The translations under genes were made by a program, and so were the position numbers. DNA of 63,711 nt, counting the filler, from Octopus bimaculoides (lineage: Eukaryota): assembly GCF_001194135.2 (NCBI RefSeq). It is 5 parts of 5 records of this genome, joined end to end, with 100 filler letters (N's around TTAATTAATTAA, not from the genome) between each part and the next. Parts side by side here need not be neighbours in the genome. Positions count along the whole stretch, not along the records: positions 56,344 to 63,711 come from NC_068983.1; 4 more parts are not named here. One strand, given 5' to 3'. Every line of letters begins with the position of its first letter. Position 1 is the stretch's first letter. This document shows positions 63,653-63,711 of this stretch, piece by piece. The notes beneath the pieces were generated by a model. That model ran no database searches. It was not told where the DNA came from and saw nothing but the letters and a program-made list of their open reading frames with translations.

Positions 63653-63711
<59 letters not shown>

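Overview
This is AT-rich, microsatellite-saturated animal genomic DNA. The tRNA-derived SINE families, R4/Dong tails and (TA)n/(TAA)n/(TCTA)n density suggest an octopod cephalopod, probably Octopus (inference). I found no host protein-coding exon I can support; nearly all long ORFs in the track come from simple repeats or N gaps. Four identical 100-bp spacers (44 N + TTAATTAATTAA + 44 N) split the window into five assembly pieces (1-14268, 14369-25928, 26029-44026, 44127-56243, 56344-63711), so adjacency across them is not established. The recognisable content is mobile DNA: Penelope-like elements (PLEs) with GIY-YIG domains and minimal hammerhead-ribozyme motifs, and fragments of R4/Dong, CRE-like, L1-Tx1 and CR1/L2-group LINEs. 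It also holds three kinds of Tc1/mariner transposase remnants, several fold-back MITEs, at least three SINE families, and a young 1.4-kb non-autonomous LTR element with a perfect tRNA-Trp primer-binding site. The most interesting items are (i) hammerhead motifs with a family-wide non-canonical core, (ii) the TRIM-like LTR element, and (iii) a 584-bp palindromic element with an 8-bp TSD and a (CCCTAA)n-(TTAGGG)n centre.
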